Positions 27,681-37,249 are shown, numbered from the stretch's first letter. The stretch is DNA of 64,000 bases from an uncultured Candidatus Peribacteria bacterium (GCA_964554785.1 CAZKPW010000002.1:35428-99427); one strand, 5' to 3'. Numbers and translations: made by a program. The notes: a model not told the origin generated them from the letters alone.

Positions 27681-29543
27681 TTAGACTTCTCCTGCCACTT
27701 CAATATCCGCAGGTCCGCCGCTTACCACGGCTTTAATGCGCCGTACTCCTGCAGACGAGCTTTCTTCTTTTTGAATTTTGAAAGTGCCCAGTACTCCGGT
27801 GTGTGACACATGCGGACCTCCACAGATCTCTTTGGAAAAGACATCACCATCGCCGATCTTTCCCGTGCCCGCCGTTTTGCTGTCCTGCTTTCCCATGACA
27901 TACACTTTCACCTCACTGCCGTACCGATCATCAAACACGCCGATGGCACCTTCATTCTTTGCGCCATCAACGGTGGTCATGTGGTACCCAATCGGAAGAT
28001 CCGCTTGGATAGCTTCATTGACCAGTTGTTCGACTTCGGCAATTTGTTCCGGTGTCATCTTGTCTTCGTAATTGAAATCAAAACGTAAACGTTCCGCAGT
28101 CACATTGCTTCCTTTCTGTCCGATGTGATTGCCAAGCACGCGATGCAGTGCTGCATTCAAAAGATGTGTGGCCGTGTGGAGCTTGGTTGTTTCTGCGGAG
28201 TTATCGGCAAGTCCTCCTTTAAACTTCTGTTCAGCCCCTGCTCTACTAAGCGCTTGATGTGCTTCGAATGCAGATGTAAATCCTGCCTCATCCACCGTGA
28301 GCCCCTGTTCGGCAGCCATTTCTTTGGTGACTTCAAACGGGAAGCCGTAGGTGTCGTATAAGTGGAATGCGGTGATGCCATCAATCTCTTTTCCTTCGAG
28401 CGAAGCAGTCACATTCGAAAACCGTTTCAGCCCTTCCTGTAGCGTTTTTCCGAACTGTTGCTCTTCGTGACTGAGGGTATCGCGGATCTCTTTTTCTTTG
28501 GTTTTCAGGTGACCGTACACATGGCCATACTGTGCGATAACTTCTTCGGCAATGGTTGGTGTGAACTGACCCGTGTGCTCAATGCCAAGCGTACGAGCGG
28601 AACGAATCGCGCGACGAATAATGCGACGCAGAATATACGCCTGATCCACATTTCCGGGTTTTACACCGTCAGCAATGATGAATGTTGCAGCCTTGAGGTG
28701 ATCAACAATAATGCGCACATGCTTTACGTCATCCGTCCCGGTAACTGGTAACTGGTAACTGGTAACTCGTCTCATAATCGGCATCATCCTGTCCGTCTCA
28801 TAGACATTGCTCACGCCTTGCAGCACGGCAGCAACTCTCTCGAGTCCCATCCCGGTATCGACGTTTTGTTGTGAGAGAGGTTTGAAAGTCCCATCCTCTT
28901 TTTTGTTGTACTGCATGAACACATCATTCCAAATTTCCATCCAGTTTGGATCGTCGGTCGCGGGGTTACTTCCCGGTGGCGGGAGTTCACTTTTTCCAAC
29001 CCAGTAGAACATTTCGGTATCCGGTCCGCAGGGTCCGGTCATGCCTGCCGGCCCCCACCAGTTTTTTGCTTTCGGTAAAAAGCCTATACGTTCGCGCGGT
29101 ACGCCGCACTTCTCCCAAATGGCAGCGGACTCTTCATCGCGCGGAGCATCGGCGTCTCCTTCAAAACAGGTGACCGCAAATTTTTCGATCGGGATTTCGA
29201 GTACGTTGATGAGAAATTCAAAGCTCATTTGTATCGCTCCTTCTTTAAAGTAATCACCTAAACTCCAGTTTCCCATCATTTCAAAGAGCGTGAGGTGTGA
29301 ACTGTCACCCACTTCGTCAATATCGCCGGTTCGTACGCAACGTTGTGCATCGGCCAGCCTTTTACCCATGGGATGCTGTTCGCCCATCAAATACGGAACA
29401 AGGGGGTGCATGCCGGCTGTGGTAAAGAGGACAGTCGGGTCATTTTCGGGAACAAGGGGGGCTCCGGGAATGACTGCATGGCTCTTAGATGCGAAAAAGT
29501 CGAGGTATGCTTGGCGGAGTTCGTCTGTGGTGAGATTCTTCAT
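27681..29543 (-). CDS. alaS: alanine--tRNA ligase, short form without C-Ala domain
   Basis: Start at MKNLTTDELRQAYLDFFASKSH. FTTAGMHP. Editing-domain motifs HTATHLL and CGGPHV. The protein ends about 50 aa after CGGPHV. Confidence 0.93.
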   Translation of the reverse strand: MKNLTTDELRQAYLDFFASKSHAVIPGAPLVPENDPTVLFTTAGMHPLVPYLMGEQHPMGKRLADAQRCVRTGDIDEVGDSSHLTLFEMMGNWSLGDYFKEGAIQMSFEFLINVLEIPIEKFAVTCFEGDADAPRDEESAAIWEKCGVPRERIGFLPKAKNWWGPAGMTGPCGPDTEMFYWVGKSELPPPGSNPATDDPNWMEIWNDVFMQYNKKEDGTFKPLSQQNVDTGMGLERVAAVLQGVSNVYETDRMMPIMRRVTSYQLPVTGTDDVKHVRIIVDHLKAATFIIADGVKPGNVDQAYILRRIIRRAIRSARTLGIEHTGQFTPTIAEEVIAQYGHVYGHLKTKEKEIRDTLSHEEQQFGKTLQEGLKRFSNVTASLEGKEIDGITAFHLYDTYGFPFEVTKEMAAEQGLTVDEAGFTSAFEAHQALSRAGAEQKFKGGLADNSAETTKLHTATHLLNAALHRVLGNHIGQKGSNVTAERLRFDFNYEDKMTPEQIAEVEQLVNEAIQADLPIGYHMTTVDGAKNEGAIGVFDDRYGSEVKVYVMGKQDSKTAGTGKIGDGDVFSKEICGGPHVSHTGVLGTFKIQKEESSSAGVRRIKAVVSGGPADIEVAGEV

Positions 29544-29617
29544 AGTAGCGGCAGTGTACAACGTTTTAGGCTCCGTCGAGAAGATACGTTTTGAGGCTCG
29601 CATATTTTTGGTTTTTT

Positions 29618-29626
29618 TGGTATAAT
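29618..29626 (+). promoter_or_regulatory. extended -10 promoter element (TGGTATAAT)
   Basis: TGgTATAAT lies 28 nt upstream of the ATG at 29654, in the divergent alaS / kinase spacer. Confidence 0.4.
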
Positions 29627-29653
29627 AGAGAGAAAAATTCACATACATACCAC

Positions 29654-31087
29654 ATGCGTTCCCGCCCGCTCTTCCAGCTGATTATAGGCACTCTTCGTTA
29701 CTCGATTTTGCCCATTCTTGTTATTGGTGCAGTGGTGACACTCGGTATGTTCTTTTTCTGGCACGGACGCAGTATTATGAAGGAGGAATTGAAAAATCAT
29801 TTGCGCAGTACTGCCGCAATGGCGGCAACGCAGATTGACCCCCTGTTCATTCTGTCTTTACGTGATTTTGCCGATACCACTCGTCCGCAATACCGTGCAC
29901 TCGTCAGCCAGCTCGACAGTATGCGCAGCGCACTCCCGAATGTCCGCTTTGTGTACATCATGCGCCCTACGGAAGACCCGCTCACATTTGCATTCGTTGC
30001 CGATGCCGACGGACTTCTAACCACCGAAGAGCTCGATCTGAATAAAAACGGCGTTGTCGATCCCGATGAAGAAATAGGTCACCCCGGAGATTCCTATGAT
30101 ATTTCCGGCATACCCGCGTTGCAGAATATTACAGGGCCCGTTGTCGACGATGCTTTTACCGTGGATCAGTGGGGAACATTCATGTCTGCATACGCGCCCA
30201 TTTACGATGCAGACAACAAGATGATTGCGGTACTGGGCATGGATATGAATGCGTTCGATTTTGCCGCACTCACGCAGCGCATTTTTTCACCTGTCGCGCT
30301 TCTTTTGATTGCAGTTGCCGGCATCATGATGTCTGCATATGTTCTCCTTGTTGTCCGTCAGCGTCGTATGGAACTTTTGAAGCAGCTCGATACAGACAGA
30401 ATGGTACTGATGGATTTAACAACGCATCAGCTGGGTGCGCCTCTTGCAACGTTCAAGTGGTGGATAGAAATTTTGCAGGAGCATCGTAAAGAGCATCTGC
30501 ATACTCTTACATTTAAACGCGAAGAGGACGATGCATTTAAACAGCTTCAAGAAGGAATTATGCGTATGGACGAAGTTCTTGCATCGCTGCGTACGGCTAT
30601 TCGTTTGCGCGACGATCATAATCAAACTCCTTTCAGTCGCGTATTGGTTCACAAGGTTCTTCGTGACGTGCGTGAAAAAACAGCCGAGCGTTTGAAGGTG
30701 CGCAAGCAAACGCTCACCATGAAGATAGAGCCGAAACTTGCGGTCATGGTCGACCCCACGCTTTTCCTTGGCGTGCTTCAGGAGCTTGTGGAAAATGCGT
30801 CTTGGTATTCGGCGGATAAGAGCACTATTTCCATTCGTGCAAAACGCATCCACGGAAAAATTCAGATTGCGGTGGAGGATCACGGTTACGGTATTGAGCC
30901 GCATGATCTGGTGCATATTTTTGAGCAGTTCAGACGCGGGTCACATGCCATGCATCATAAGCCGATTGGAAACGGATTGGGACTTTCCATTGCGAAGAAA
31001 ATTATTGTGAGTGCCGGCGGAACCATTCGAGTCGAAAGCTCCGTCGGAAAAGGAAGCATCTTTACCATTACCCTTCCCATCGCCTAA
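29654..31087 (+). CDS. sensor histidine kinase with extracytoplasmic Cache-like domain
   Basis: Two TM helices flank a loop of about 190 aa. H-box TTHQLGAPL. HATPase motifs ENASWYS, EDHGYGI and GNGLGLSIAKKI. The start is placed at MRSRPLF. Confidence 0.85.
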   Translation: MRSRPLFQLIIGTLRYSILPILVIGAVVTLGMFFFWHGRSIMKEELKNHLRSTAAMAATQIDPLFILSLRDFADTTRPQYRALVSQLDSMRSALPNVRFVYIMRPTEDPLTFAFVADADGLLTTEELDLNKNGVVDPDEEIGHPGDSYDISGIPALQNITGPVVDDAFTVDQWGTFMSAYAPIYDADNKMIAVLGMDMNAFDFAALTQRIFSPVALLLIAVAGIMMSAYVLLVVRQRRMELLKQLDTDRMVLMDLTTHQLGAPLATFKWWIEILQEHRKEHLHTLTFKREEDDAFKQLQEGIMRMDEVLASLRTAIRLRDDHNQTPFSRVLVHKVLRDVREKTAERLKVRKQTLTMKIEPKLAVMVDPTLFLGVLQELVENASWYSADKSTISIRAKRIHGKIQIAVEDHGYGIEPHDLVHIFEQFRRGSHAMHHKPIGNGLGLSIAKKIIVSAGGTIRVESSVGKGSIFTITLPIA

Positions 31088-31089
31088 AC

Positions 31090-32493
31090 ATGCAAAATTT
31101 TTGGAAGCGCTGGCCCATTATTATGCTCTCCATGTTGATTGCGCTTGGTTTCGGTGCCATGGGAAGCATGTTTTATATGCGTGCACAGGACATGATGGAA
31201 GCGCAGTTGCAGCAGCGCTTGGAAACGACGGCCGCCGCCGCGGCACTGTTTGTGAACGGCGACAGACTCAATGAAATCCATACGCCCGACGACAAAACAA
31301 ATACGTTTTTCGTGACAATCGTCCGCAGATTAAAATCCATGCGCGAACTGCCGGATGTGCGCTTTGCGTACATTATGCGGAAAACAGAAGATCCAAATAC
31401 GCTCGCATTCGTCGCGGACGCCGACTCGCTCAGTACGGCAGAGGAGCTGGATATCAATGGAAATGGAATCGTCGATCCGGAAGAAGAAGCATCCAACCCC
31501 GGAGATTTGTACGATATTTCGGATATTCCTGCGTTGCTGGGTCCTGCATTCTTCGAGCCCACCAGTGACTCTTCCATCACACACGATCAATGGGGATCTC
31601 TCATTTCCGGTTACGCTCCCATCCGCGCGTCCGACGGAACGGTTGTCGCCGTGCTTGGCATCGATATGAAGGCGGATCAGTATGCCCTTCTTTCTCGCAG
31701 TGCGTTCACGCCCATTGCGCTCATCTTCGTCATCCTGACCGGTATTCTCATTGCCGGTTCTATTATCGTGCTGTGGGAACGCAGGCAAATTACCATTCTG
31801 AATAAAGTGAATGCGGAACGTTCGGGACTTCTGAAGCTCACGTTCCATCAAATCGGAGAGCCGCTCACCATTATGAAGTGGTCTCTGGAAACGTTACGTG
31901 ACGACACCGACAGTCCCGAACTCAAGGCACTCGTGGAAGATCATGTGGTGTGTATGGATGAAGGACTCGGACGCTTGAACAGTATTATCGATACGTTGCA
32001 GCAGGCGGAAAAAGTTGATTTGAATACCATTGTGTATATCCCTGTTGCATCGTCTTTGCGTACGTTGCTTGAAAATGCAGTCGGCGAATGGAAGTCGAGC
32101 GCAGAAAAGAGAAAGCAGACCATCGATATTCTCATGAAAGGAGATCTCACGATTCCACTCGACCACAACATGATTTCCTTGGTCCTGCGGCAGTTATTGC
32201 AGAACGCACTCGAGTATTCTCCGGATGGATCTCATATTTCCATTCGCGTGGTTCAGTCCAGAAAGCAGGTGACCATTTCCGTGGAAGATAAGGGATGTGG
32301 TATTCCAAAAATCGATATGGAGCATATGTTCGAAAAATATCGTCGCGCATCCAATGCGCCGCTTCATAAGCCGGACGGAAACGGACTCGGGCTCTACATT
32401 ACTCGCGGTATTGTGCAGCGTGCGGGCGGAAAAATTTGGATTGAGAGTATTGAGGGAAGCGGGACGAAGGTCTCATTTACACTGCCGATGTAA
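31090..32493 (+). CDS. sensor histidine kinase, tandem paralog of the preceding gene
   Basis: Same architecture. H-box TFHQIGEPL, plus GNGLGLYITRGI. The sensor-loop block VRFAYIMRKTEDPNTLAFVADAD aligns by eye with the first kinase. Confidence 0.85.
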   Translation: MQNFWKRWPIIMLSMLIALGFGAMGSMFYMRAQDMMEAQLQQRLETTAAAAALFVNGDRLNEIHTPDDKTNTFFVTIVRRLKSMRELPDVRFAYIMRKTEDPNTLAFVADADSLSTAEELDINGNGIVDPEEEASNPGDLYDISDIPALLGPAFFEPTSDSSITHDQWGSLISGYAPIRASDGTVVAVLGIDMKADQYALLSRSAFTPIALIFVILTGILIAGSIIVLWERRQITILNKVNAERSGLLKLTFHQIGEPLTIMKWSLETLRDDTDSPELKALVEDHVVCMDEGLGRLNSIIDTLQQAEKVDLNTIVYIPVASSLRTLLENAVGEWKSSAEKRKQTIDILMKGDLTIPLDHNMISLVLRQLLQNALEYSPDGSHISIRVVQSRKQVTISVEDKGCGIPKIDMEHMFEKYRRASNAPLHKPDGNGLGLYITRGIVQRAGGKIWIESIEGSGTKVSFTLPM

Positions 32494-32587
32494 GGTCGAG
32501 GTTGAGGTGAAGGGTAAGGTTTTTTTTGGACTTGATAGGATTGTTAGGTTTTTTAGGTTTCTTGGGTAAAAATTGTGTTCAGGTATT

Positions 32588-33250
32588 TTATTTTGTGAGT
32601 GCTATAAAGTAGCGATCATACGAAAGATTATGTGGGTAGCCTGAGGCATTGAGTGCGGCGGAGGTTTTCTTCCAAACATTGGGGTGACTCATGGGGCCGT
32701 TGGCTCTGATTACTCCATTTGAAGTGAGATGATCAAAGGATTCTTTCATGATATGCGTCAGCAATTCTGCTTCGCGCGCATCGGTTGGAAATGCAGTGTC
32801 ATCACTCTGAATATTTTCCTTTTTTAGAGTATCGGTGAGCGCTATGCACAAACTTTCCGGAAAGATGATAAGGTCAAAGAGCCCTAGTGCTGGCCATTCT
32901 TTCGTGCAATCAAAGACGAGTGACTCCATGGAGGAGGGGATGTCTTTCAGCAGGGGATTGGAATCTGCAATCACGATATTTTCTCCAGGAACTCCCAGTG
33001 CTACCAGTAACCGTTCCAAGTGCGCAGGGCACGCGCCAACACTCAGAAGTTTGTTACCATTTTTGAGAGCATGCACATCATCTTCAGTAATCAGTCCTGT
33101 TTCTATGTGATGACTTGGTCGATAGAGCCAGGAATAGTCGTCACTCTTCATGCGCGTTGCATGCGCGGGATCCAGTGCATCGCCAAAGAGTTCCGCTTCC
33201 AGCGCACGAATGCGATTCATAAAATCCGATGATGGCAGTACGCGTTCCAT
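32588..33250 (-). CDS. hypothetical protein with weak class-I methyltransferase-like features
   Basis: LLSVGACPAHL, VIADSNP and FDLIIFPESL loosely resemble MTase motifs I, II and IV. The start is uncertain (33292, 33250 or 33220). Confidence 0.45.
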   Translation of the reverse strand: MERVLPSSDFMNRIRALEAELFGDALDPAHATRMKSDDYSWLYRPSHHIETGLITEDDVHALKNGNKLLSVGACPAHLERLLVALGVPGENIVIADSNPLLKDIPSSMESLVFDCTKEWPALGLFDLIIFPESLCIALTDTLKKENIQSDDTAFPTDAREAELLTHIMKESFDHLTSNGVIRANGPMSHPNVWKKTSAALNASGYPHNLSYDRYFIALTK

Positions 33251-33330
33251 GACTGCAGTATACAGGAAATACTGAATACAAAATGTATTCATAGTGAAAA
33301 ACCATCTGCTTCGGGTACCATGCGCTTGTT

Positions 33331-34173
33331 ATGTCTTCCGTCTCTTTTCTCTGTCCGCATTGTACCGAGCCGCTTCAGACAATAGAGCGGGAATTTGTGT
33401 GCATCAATAATCATCATTTCGATCTTGCAAAAGAAGGGTATGTGAATTTGCTGCCACCCAATGCAAAAGCATCGAAAGATCCGGGTGACTCCGTGGACAT
33501 GATTCATGCGCGTACGCAGTTTTTGCAGAAAGGGTACTACCACCCGCTTGCCGACGCTGTTGCCACTTTGTGTATACAATATGTGAACAATAAAAAGGGT
33601 GTGATTGCAGATATTGGCTGTGGCGAGGGCTATTACACGCAGTATATGTATAGAAAAATGATCGCAAGCGGATGGCATCCGTCCGTCACGGGCATCGATA
33701 TTTCGAAGCACGCCGTCCGCGCCGCCGCCAAGCAGGAAAAAGATATTCAGTATGCCGTTGCATCTGTAGTGCATTTGCCGCTTATGAATACGAGCGTCGA
33801 TCTCCTCATGAATATCTTTGCACCGCGTCACTTCCCGGAATTTTCCAGAGTCCTGAAACCCGGCGGGACGATTTTGATTGTGAGTCCCGGGCCCAAGCAT
33901 CTGCAAGGATTGAAATCGGCATTACTTCTTTCTGAAACAGAACACGATGAGCCGACGTTTATACCGGAAGAGGGGATTCTATTGGTGGAAGAAAAGCGCG
34001 TGGAAAGCAGTATGACCCTCACATCACCCGAGGATATTTTGCATCTGTGCATGATGACGCCGTTTTGGTGGAAAATGACGCGGGAAGGGCGCGAGAATAT
34101 TGCGAAAGTAGGGGAGTTAACGATTACAATTGATTGCGTGGTGCGCGTGTTTCAGAAAGTCAGTAAGCCATAA
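33331..34173 (+). CDS. rlmA: 23S rRNA (guanine-N1)-methyltransferase RlmA
   Basis: N-terminal Zn-finger FLCPHC...FVCINNHHFDLAKEGYVNLLP and SAM motif DIGCGEGYYT. Confidence 0.85.
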   Translation: MSSVSFLCPHCTEPLQTIEREFVCINNHHFDLAKEGYVNLLPPNAKASKDPGDSVDMIHARTQFLQKGYYHPLADAVATLCIQYVNNKKGVIADIGCGEGYYTQYMYRKMIASGWHPSVTGIDISKHAVRAAAKQEKDIQYAVASVVHLPLMNTSVDLLMNIFAPRHFPEFSRVLKPGGTILIVSPGPKHLQGLKSALLLSETEHDEPTFIPEEGILLVEEKRVESSMTLTSPEDILHLCMMTPFWWKMTREGRENIAKVGELTITIDCVVRVFQKVSKP

Positions 34174-34214
34174 TAATTGAGTATATTATTTGTTCATTAT
34201 GACAGTATTATTGT

Positions 34215-34238
34215 CACTTCGAGCGTAGCCGAGAAGTG
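34215..34238. repeat. REP-like hairpin with GAGCGTAGCCGA loop
   Basis: CACTTC-GAGCGTAGCCGA-GAAGTG. The same loop sequence recurs at 56690..56719, and a variant at 57008..57030. Confidence 0.7.
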
Positions 34239-34288
34239 AATACATTATTTGATCAATATACGTCATATTTTTTGTGTATGATGTCTCT

Positions 34289-34537
34289 ATGAAATCCACT
34301 CTCTTCGCCCTTACCTTTGCACTTCTCCTCATCGGCTGCCGTTCATCATCGTTGGCAGAAACAGGACCGGAACAATCCTGCAAAGTGGACAGTGATTGTT
34401 GGTGCAGGAACTATAACGGTGCGGAATTTGTGGAAGGAAAAACCAAAAGTCTGTGCTGCACTGAACAGGTAAAAAAAGAGAACGGTATGTGCAGACCCTC
34501 TCATGTTAATTATTGTATGAGGTGCGCTTATTTGTGA
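34289..34537 (+). CDS. small Cys-rich lipoprotein
   Basis: MKSTLFALTFALLLIGC lipobox. The mature part has 7 Cys. Confidence 0.6.
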   Translation: MKSTLFALTFALLLIGCRSSSLAETGPEQSCKVDSDCWCRNYNGAEFVEGKTKSLCCTEQVKKENGMCRPSHVNYCMRCAYL

Positions 34538-34571
34538 TTAGGGAGCAAAATTATTTGAATACATTATTTGA

Positions 34572-34940
34572 TCAATACTGAAGATGCTTCATGAGTGCCT
34601 CAATTTCTTCTCGCGCTCCACGATATGTTTTTTGGTTGATGAGAAACCGGATTCGCGTTCGTGCAATATAGCTTCTATCTCTTGGCCATCGATTCACAAT
34701 GGACTGACATGTCCGTAGATAGTCTGCGTCAGCGGTACCATTCTGAAGAGCTGTCCGCGCCGTATCCACCATATCTTCCAGGGTACTTATGTAGGTCGAC
34801 TGTGCATCCAGATTATCTCCACAGGGAGGTATTGCGTGCACATACAAGAAATGAAGATAACTTCTTTCCACGATACTGCCTGCAGATTCTTCCTGATTCT
34901 CTTGATACTGTTCGTCCATACTAATGACATAGTAAATCAT
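34572..34940 (-). CDS. hypothetical protein (122 aa)
   Basis: ORF only. No motif recognised. Confidence 0.45.
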   Translation of the reverse strand: MIYYVISMDEQYQENQEESAGSIVERSYLHFLYVHAIPPCGDNLDAQSTYISTLEDMVDTARTALQNGTADADYLRTCQSIVNRWPRDRSYIARTRIRFLINQKTYRGAREEIEALMKHLQY

Positions 34941-34984
34941 TTTATTAATACGTCAACAATATGACCTATCCTTTCTAGGTAATC

Positions 34985-35010
34985 TGTAACCATTTCTCTC
35001 CCAACTCGTA
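34985..35010 (+). promoter_or_regulatory. ECF-type promoter (TGTAAC-16 nt-CGTA)
   Basis: TGTAAC (34985..34990), a 16-nt spacer, CGTA (35007..35010), 45 nt upstream of the ECF sigma ATG. It resembles the SigW-type consensus TGAAAC-N16-CGTA. Confidence 0.4.
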
Positions 35011-35055
35011 ATACACTGTGTAGGACCTACCAGCTTCTTTTCCTTTCTCCCTTCC

Positions 35056-35628
35056 ATGGAACCTAGTGAATTGTCCGCTGTGCATGAATGCCAAGCGGGA
35101 AATCTATCCGCCTTCGATGCGCTCTATACGCTGCACGTCGATGCTGTCTACCGGTTTTTGCACCGGCGCACTCTCGTCAAAGAGATTGCCGAAGACCTGA
35201 CCAGCGTGACCTTCATGAAAGCCATGGAATCCATTCGTTCTTTCAAGTCCGATCGTGGCGAGTTCCGTGCGTGGCTGTATCGCATTGCCAGGAACTCCCT
35301 CATTGATTACTACCGCACCACGCGTCCATCGATTGATATTGAAACCGTGTGGGATCTCCCCAGTGATGACATGACGGAACTGCGCACCCAGCAACACATG
35401 GATGCAGACAAGCTTCACAAAGCACTGCACATACTCACCGCGGATCAGCGGAACATTGTACTTCTGCGCATGTGGGAAGGACTTTCCTACAAGGAAATTG
35501 CGGATTTGACTGGTAAAACCGAAACGAATGCGAAGGTGATTTTCTCCCGCTCCCTCCTTCGCCTTCGCGAAGGCTACGGCGGGCCTGCGGCTCTTTCTCT
35601 TCTGATTTTATTCCCAACACTTCTATGA
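35056..35628 (+). CDS. RNA polymerase sigma-70 factor, ECF subfamily
   Basis: Region 2: VYRFLHRR..EDLTSVTFMKA..FRAWLYRIARNSLIDYYR. Region 4: LTADQRNIVLLRMWEGLSYKEIADLTGKTETNAKVIFSRSLLRLRE. Confidence 0.9.
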   Translation: MEPSELSAVHECQAGNLSAFDALYTLHVDAVYRFLHRRTLVKEIAEDLTSVTFMKAMESIRSFKSDRGEFRAWLYRIARNSLIDYYRTTRPSIDIETVWDLPSDDMTELRTQQHMDADKLHKALHILTADQRNIVLLRMWEGLSYKEIADLTGKTETNAKVIFSRSLLRLREGYGGPAALSLLILFPTLL

Positions 35629-37178
35629 AGACTTCTATCACACAATTCTTGGCCGATCTCTACGAGATTGATCCGAGCCTGAAGGCTCACGAAGCAGAGC
35701 TAAAACCTCTGCTCGAAAAACTGATCGCCGAAGATCCATCGTCCGCACCGGATTCGGCCTTCGTCCAAAAACTCCGCATGCAACTGCGTGATCATGTAGC
35801 AAATTTGGAAGAGCAATCTGCAGGATCAGTCTGGCAGCGCTTTGGGTATCTCTTCAGCGCAGGAATAACCGCAGCGGTTATTATTCCCATTGCAGTCGTC
35901 CTTACAAACCAGCAACCTCTTACGCCCGGTGCGCCGCTCTTCAGTAACAGCGTGGAGACAACAGGTAAAAATGCATTCGGAAATCTGAGCGATATTGTTG
36001 CGGGAAATACCATGGTCGGTACCGATGCGCGCAGTATGCGTCCGCAGAGCGGAGGCGGCGGTCCGGAAAATGGTGCAATGCCAACCACTGCCGTCGAATC
36101 CTACGGCATGATGGATGATCGCATGATTATGCCGTGGCCGCAGGTGCAATACAGGTACGTCTTCAGCGGAGCACTCACAGATCTGCAGGACACTGTTTCC
36201 GTCTATAAGCGCAACTTCAAACCGCTCACGATTCCACTTTCTGCTCTGGCGGATAAGCTGAACATGGGTGGCCTGAACATGGGCTCCTTCAATGGCATGA
36301 ACGTAGAGAGCGTGTCCTTCGTGCAGCCTGTTTCCTACGGATACAGGATGTATGTGAACATGCTGGATTCCAGTGTGAGCATTGATGCCAACTACGAAAA
36401 GTGGCCTCAGTCCAAGTGTCAGACAGAAGCATGTTGGCAGGCGGAACGCGTGAAGATTGGAGATGTCCTCAGCGACACCGATGCTATTTCTATCGCACAA
36501 GCATTCGCGAAGGATCATGGAATTGACCTTTCCATCTACGGTACTCCAGAAGTCGATAACAACTGGCGCCGCGACTACGATCGCGCAACCGACAAGTCTT
36601 TGGTCTACGTTCCGGATCAGCAGCGCGTGATTTTCCCACAGCTTGTTGATGGCAAGCCCGTCTACGACCAGTCCGGTCTGAAGACAGGACTCAGCATCTC
36701 TGTGCAGGTAAAAGAGAAGAAAGTGATGAACGTCTACGGCATTGGTGACCACAGTTACCTCACCTCCGATTACGCAGGTGTGACAGATGCTGCTGCCATT
36801 CAGACATTCCTCAGCGGCATCGATAACTACAACTACTACATCGACCCCGCTGCGAGTGTCCGCGAAGGGGGTGCAAAGGATGCAGATGTGAAGAAAGTCA
36901 CTGTTATCCTTGGCGCACCGACTCTCTCCTACGCGCAGTACTACCGCTACACGCAGAACCGCAACGACGAACTCCTGATTCCGTCACTCGTGTTCCCGGT
37001 GGAACGTGTGGAAGGGGAAACCGAGAATGCGTATTACAGGCAGCAGGTGGTGGTGCCGCTTAGCAAGGAAATGCTGGAGGAAATGAGCAAGCGTCCGGAG
37101 GTGATGCCTATGGGGAGGGGTGGGGTGATTATGGATACGCCACAAACGAGTGTGGAGCCGGTGGTGATTGATCAGTAA
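35625..37178 (+). CDS. membrane-anchored protein co-transcribed with the ECF sigma factor (putative anti-sigma factor)
   Basis: ATGA start/stop overlap with the sigma gene. About 70 cytoplasmic aa, one TM helix (YLFSAGITAAVIIPIAVVL), and a large extracytoplasmic domain. Confidence 0.65.
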   Translation: MKTSITQFLADLYEIDPSLKAHEAELKPLLEKLIAEDPSSAPDSAFVQKLRMQLRDHVANLEEQSAGSVWQRFGYLFSAGITAAVIIPIAVVLTNQQPLTPGAPLFSNSVETTGKNAFGNLSDIVAGNTMVGTDARSMRPQSGGGGPENGAMPTTAVESYGMMDDRMIMPWPQVQYRYVFSGALTDLQDTVSVYKRNFKPLTIPLSALADKLNMGGLNMGSFNGMNVESVSFVQPVSYGYRMYVNMLDSSVSIDANYEKWPQSKCQTEACWQAERVKIGDVLSDTDAISIAQAFAKDHGIDLSIYGTPEVDNNWRRDYDRATDKSLVYVPDQQRVIFPQLVDGKPVYDQSGLKTGLSISVQVKEKKVMNVYGIGDHSYLTSDYAGVTDAAAIQTFLSGIDNYNYYIDPAASVREGGAKDADVKKVTVILGAPTLSYAQYYRYTQNRNDELLIPSLVFPVERVEGETENAYYRQQVVVPLSKEMLEEMSKRPEVMPMGRGGVIMDTPQTSVEPVVIDQ

Positions 37179-37249
37179 AAAGTTAGGTCAAGGTTTAGGT
37201 TGAGGGGTAAGGGCTTTGGGCTCTTATCCCTTTTCTTTAGCTAGTTTTT

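Noticed and set aside
33289-33906. 205-aa minus-strand ORF
   Set aside because: It is antisense to rlmA, which has clear Zn-finger and SAM motifs, so it is a shadow ORF.
35826-36752. 308-aa minus-strand ORF
   Set aside because: It is antisense to the anti-sigma-like gene, and that gene is supported by ATGA coupling to the ECF sigma gene.
37203-37236. Terminator hairpin after the anti-sigma-like gene
   Set aside because: The stem GGGTAAGGGC / GGCTCTTATCCC needs bulges and overlaps heptamer-phased G-rich filler. It is too uncertain to call.
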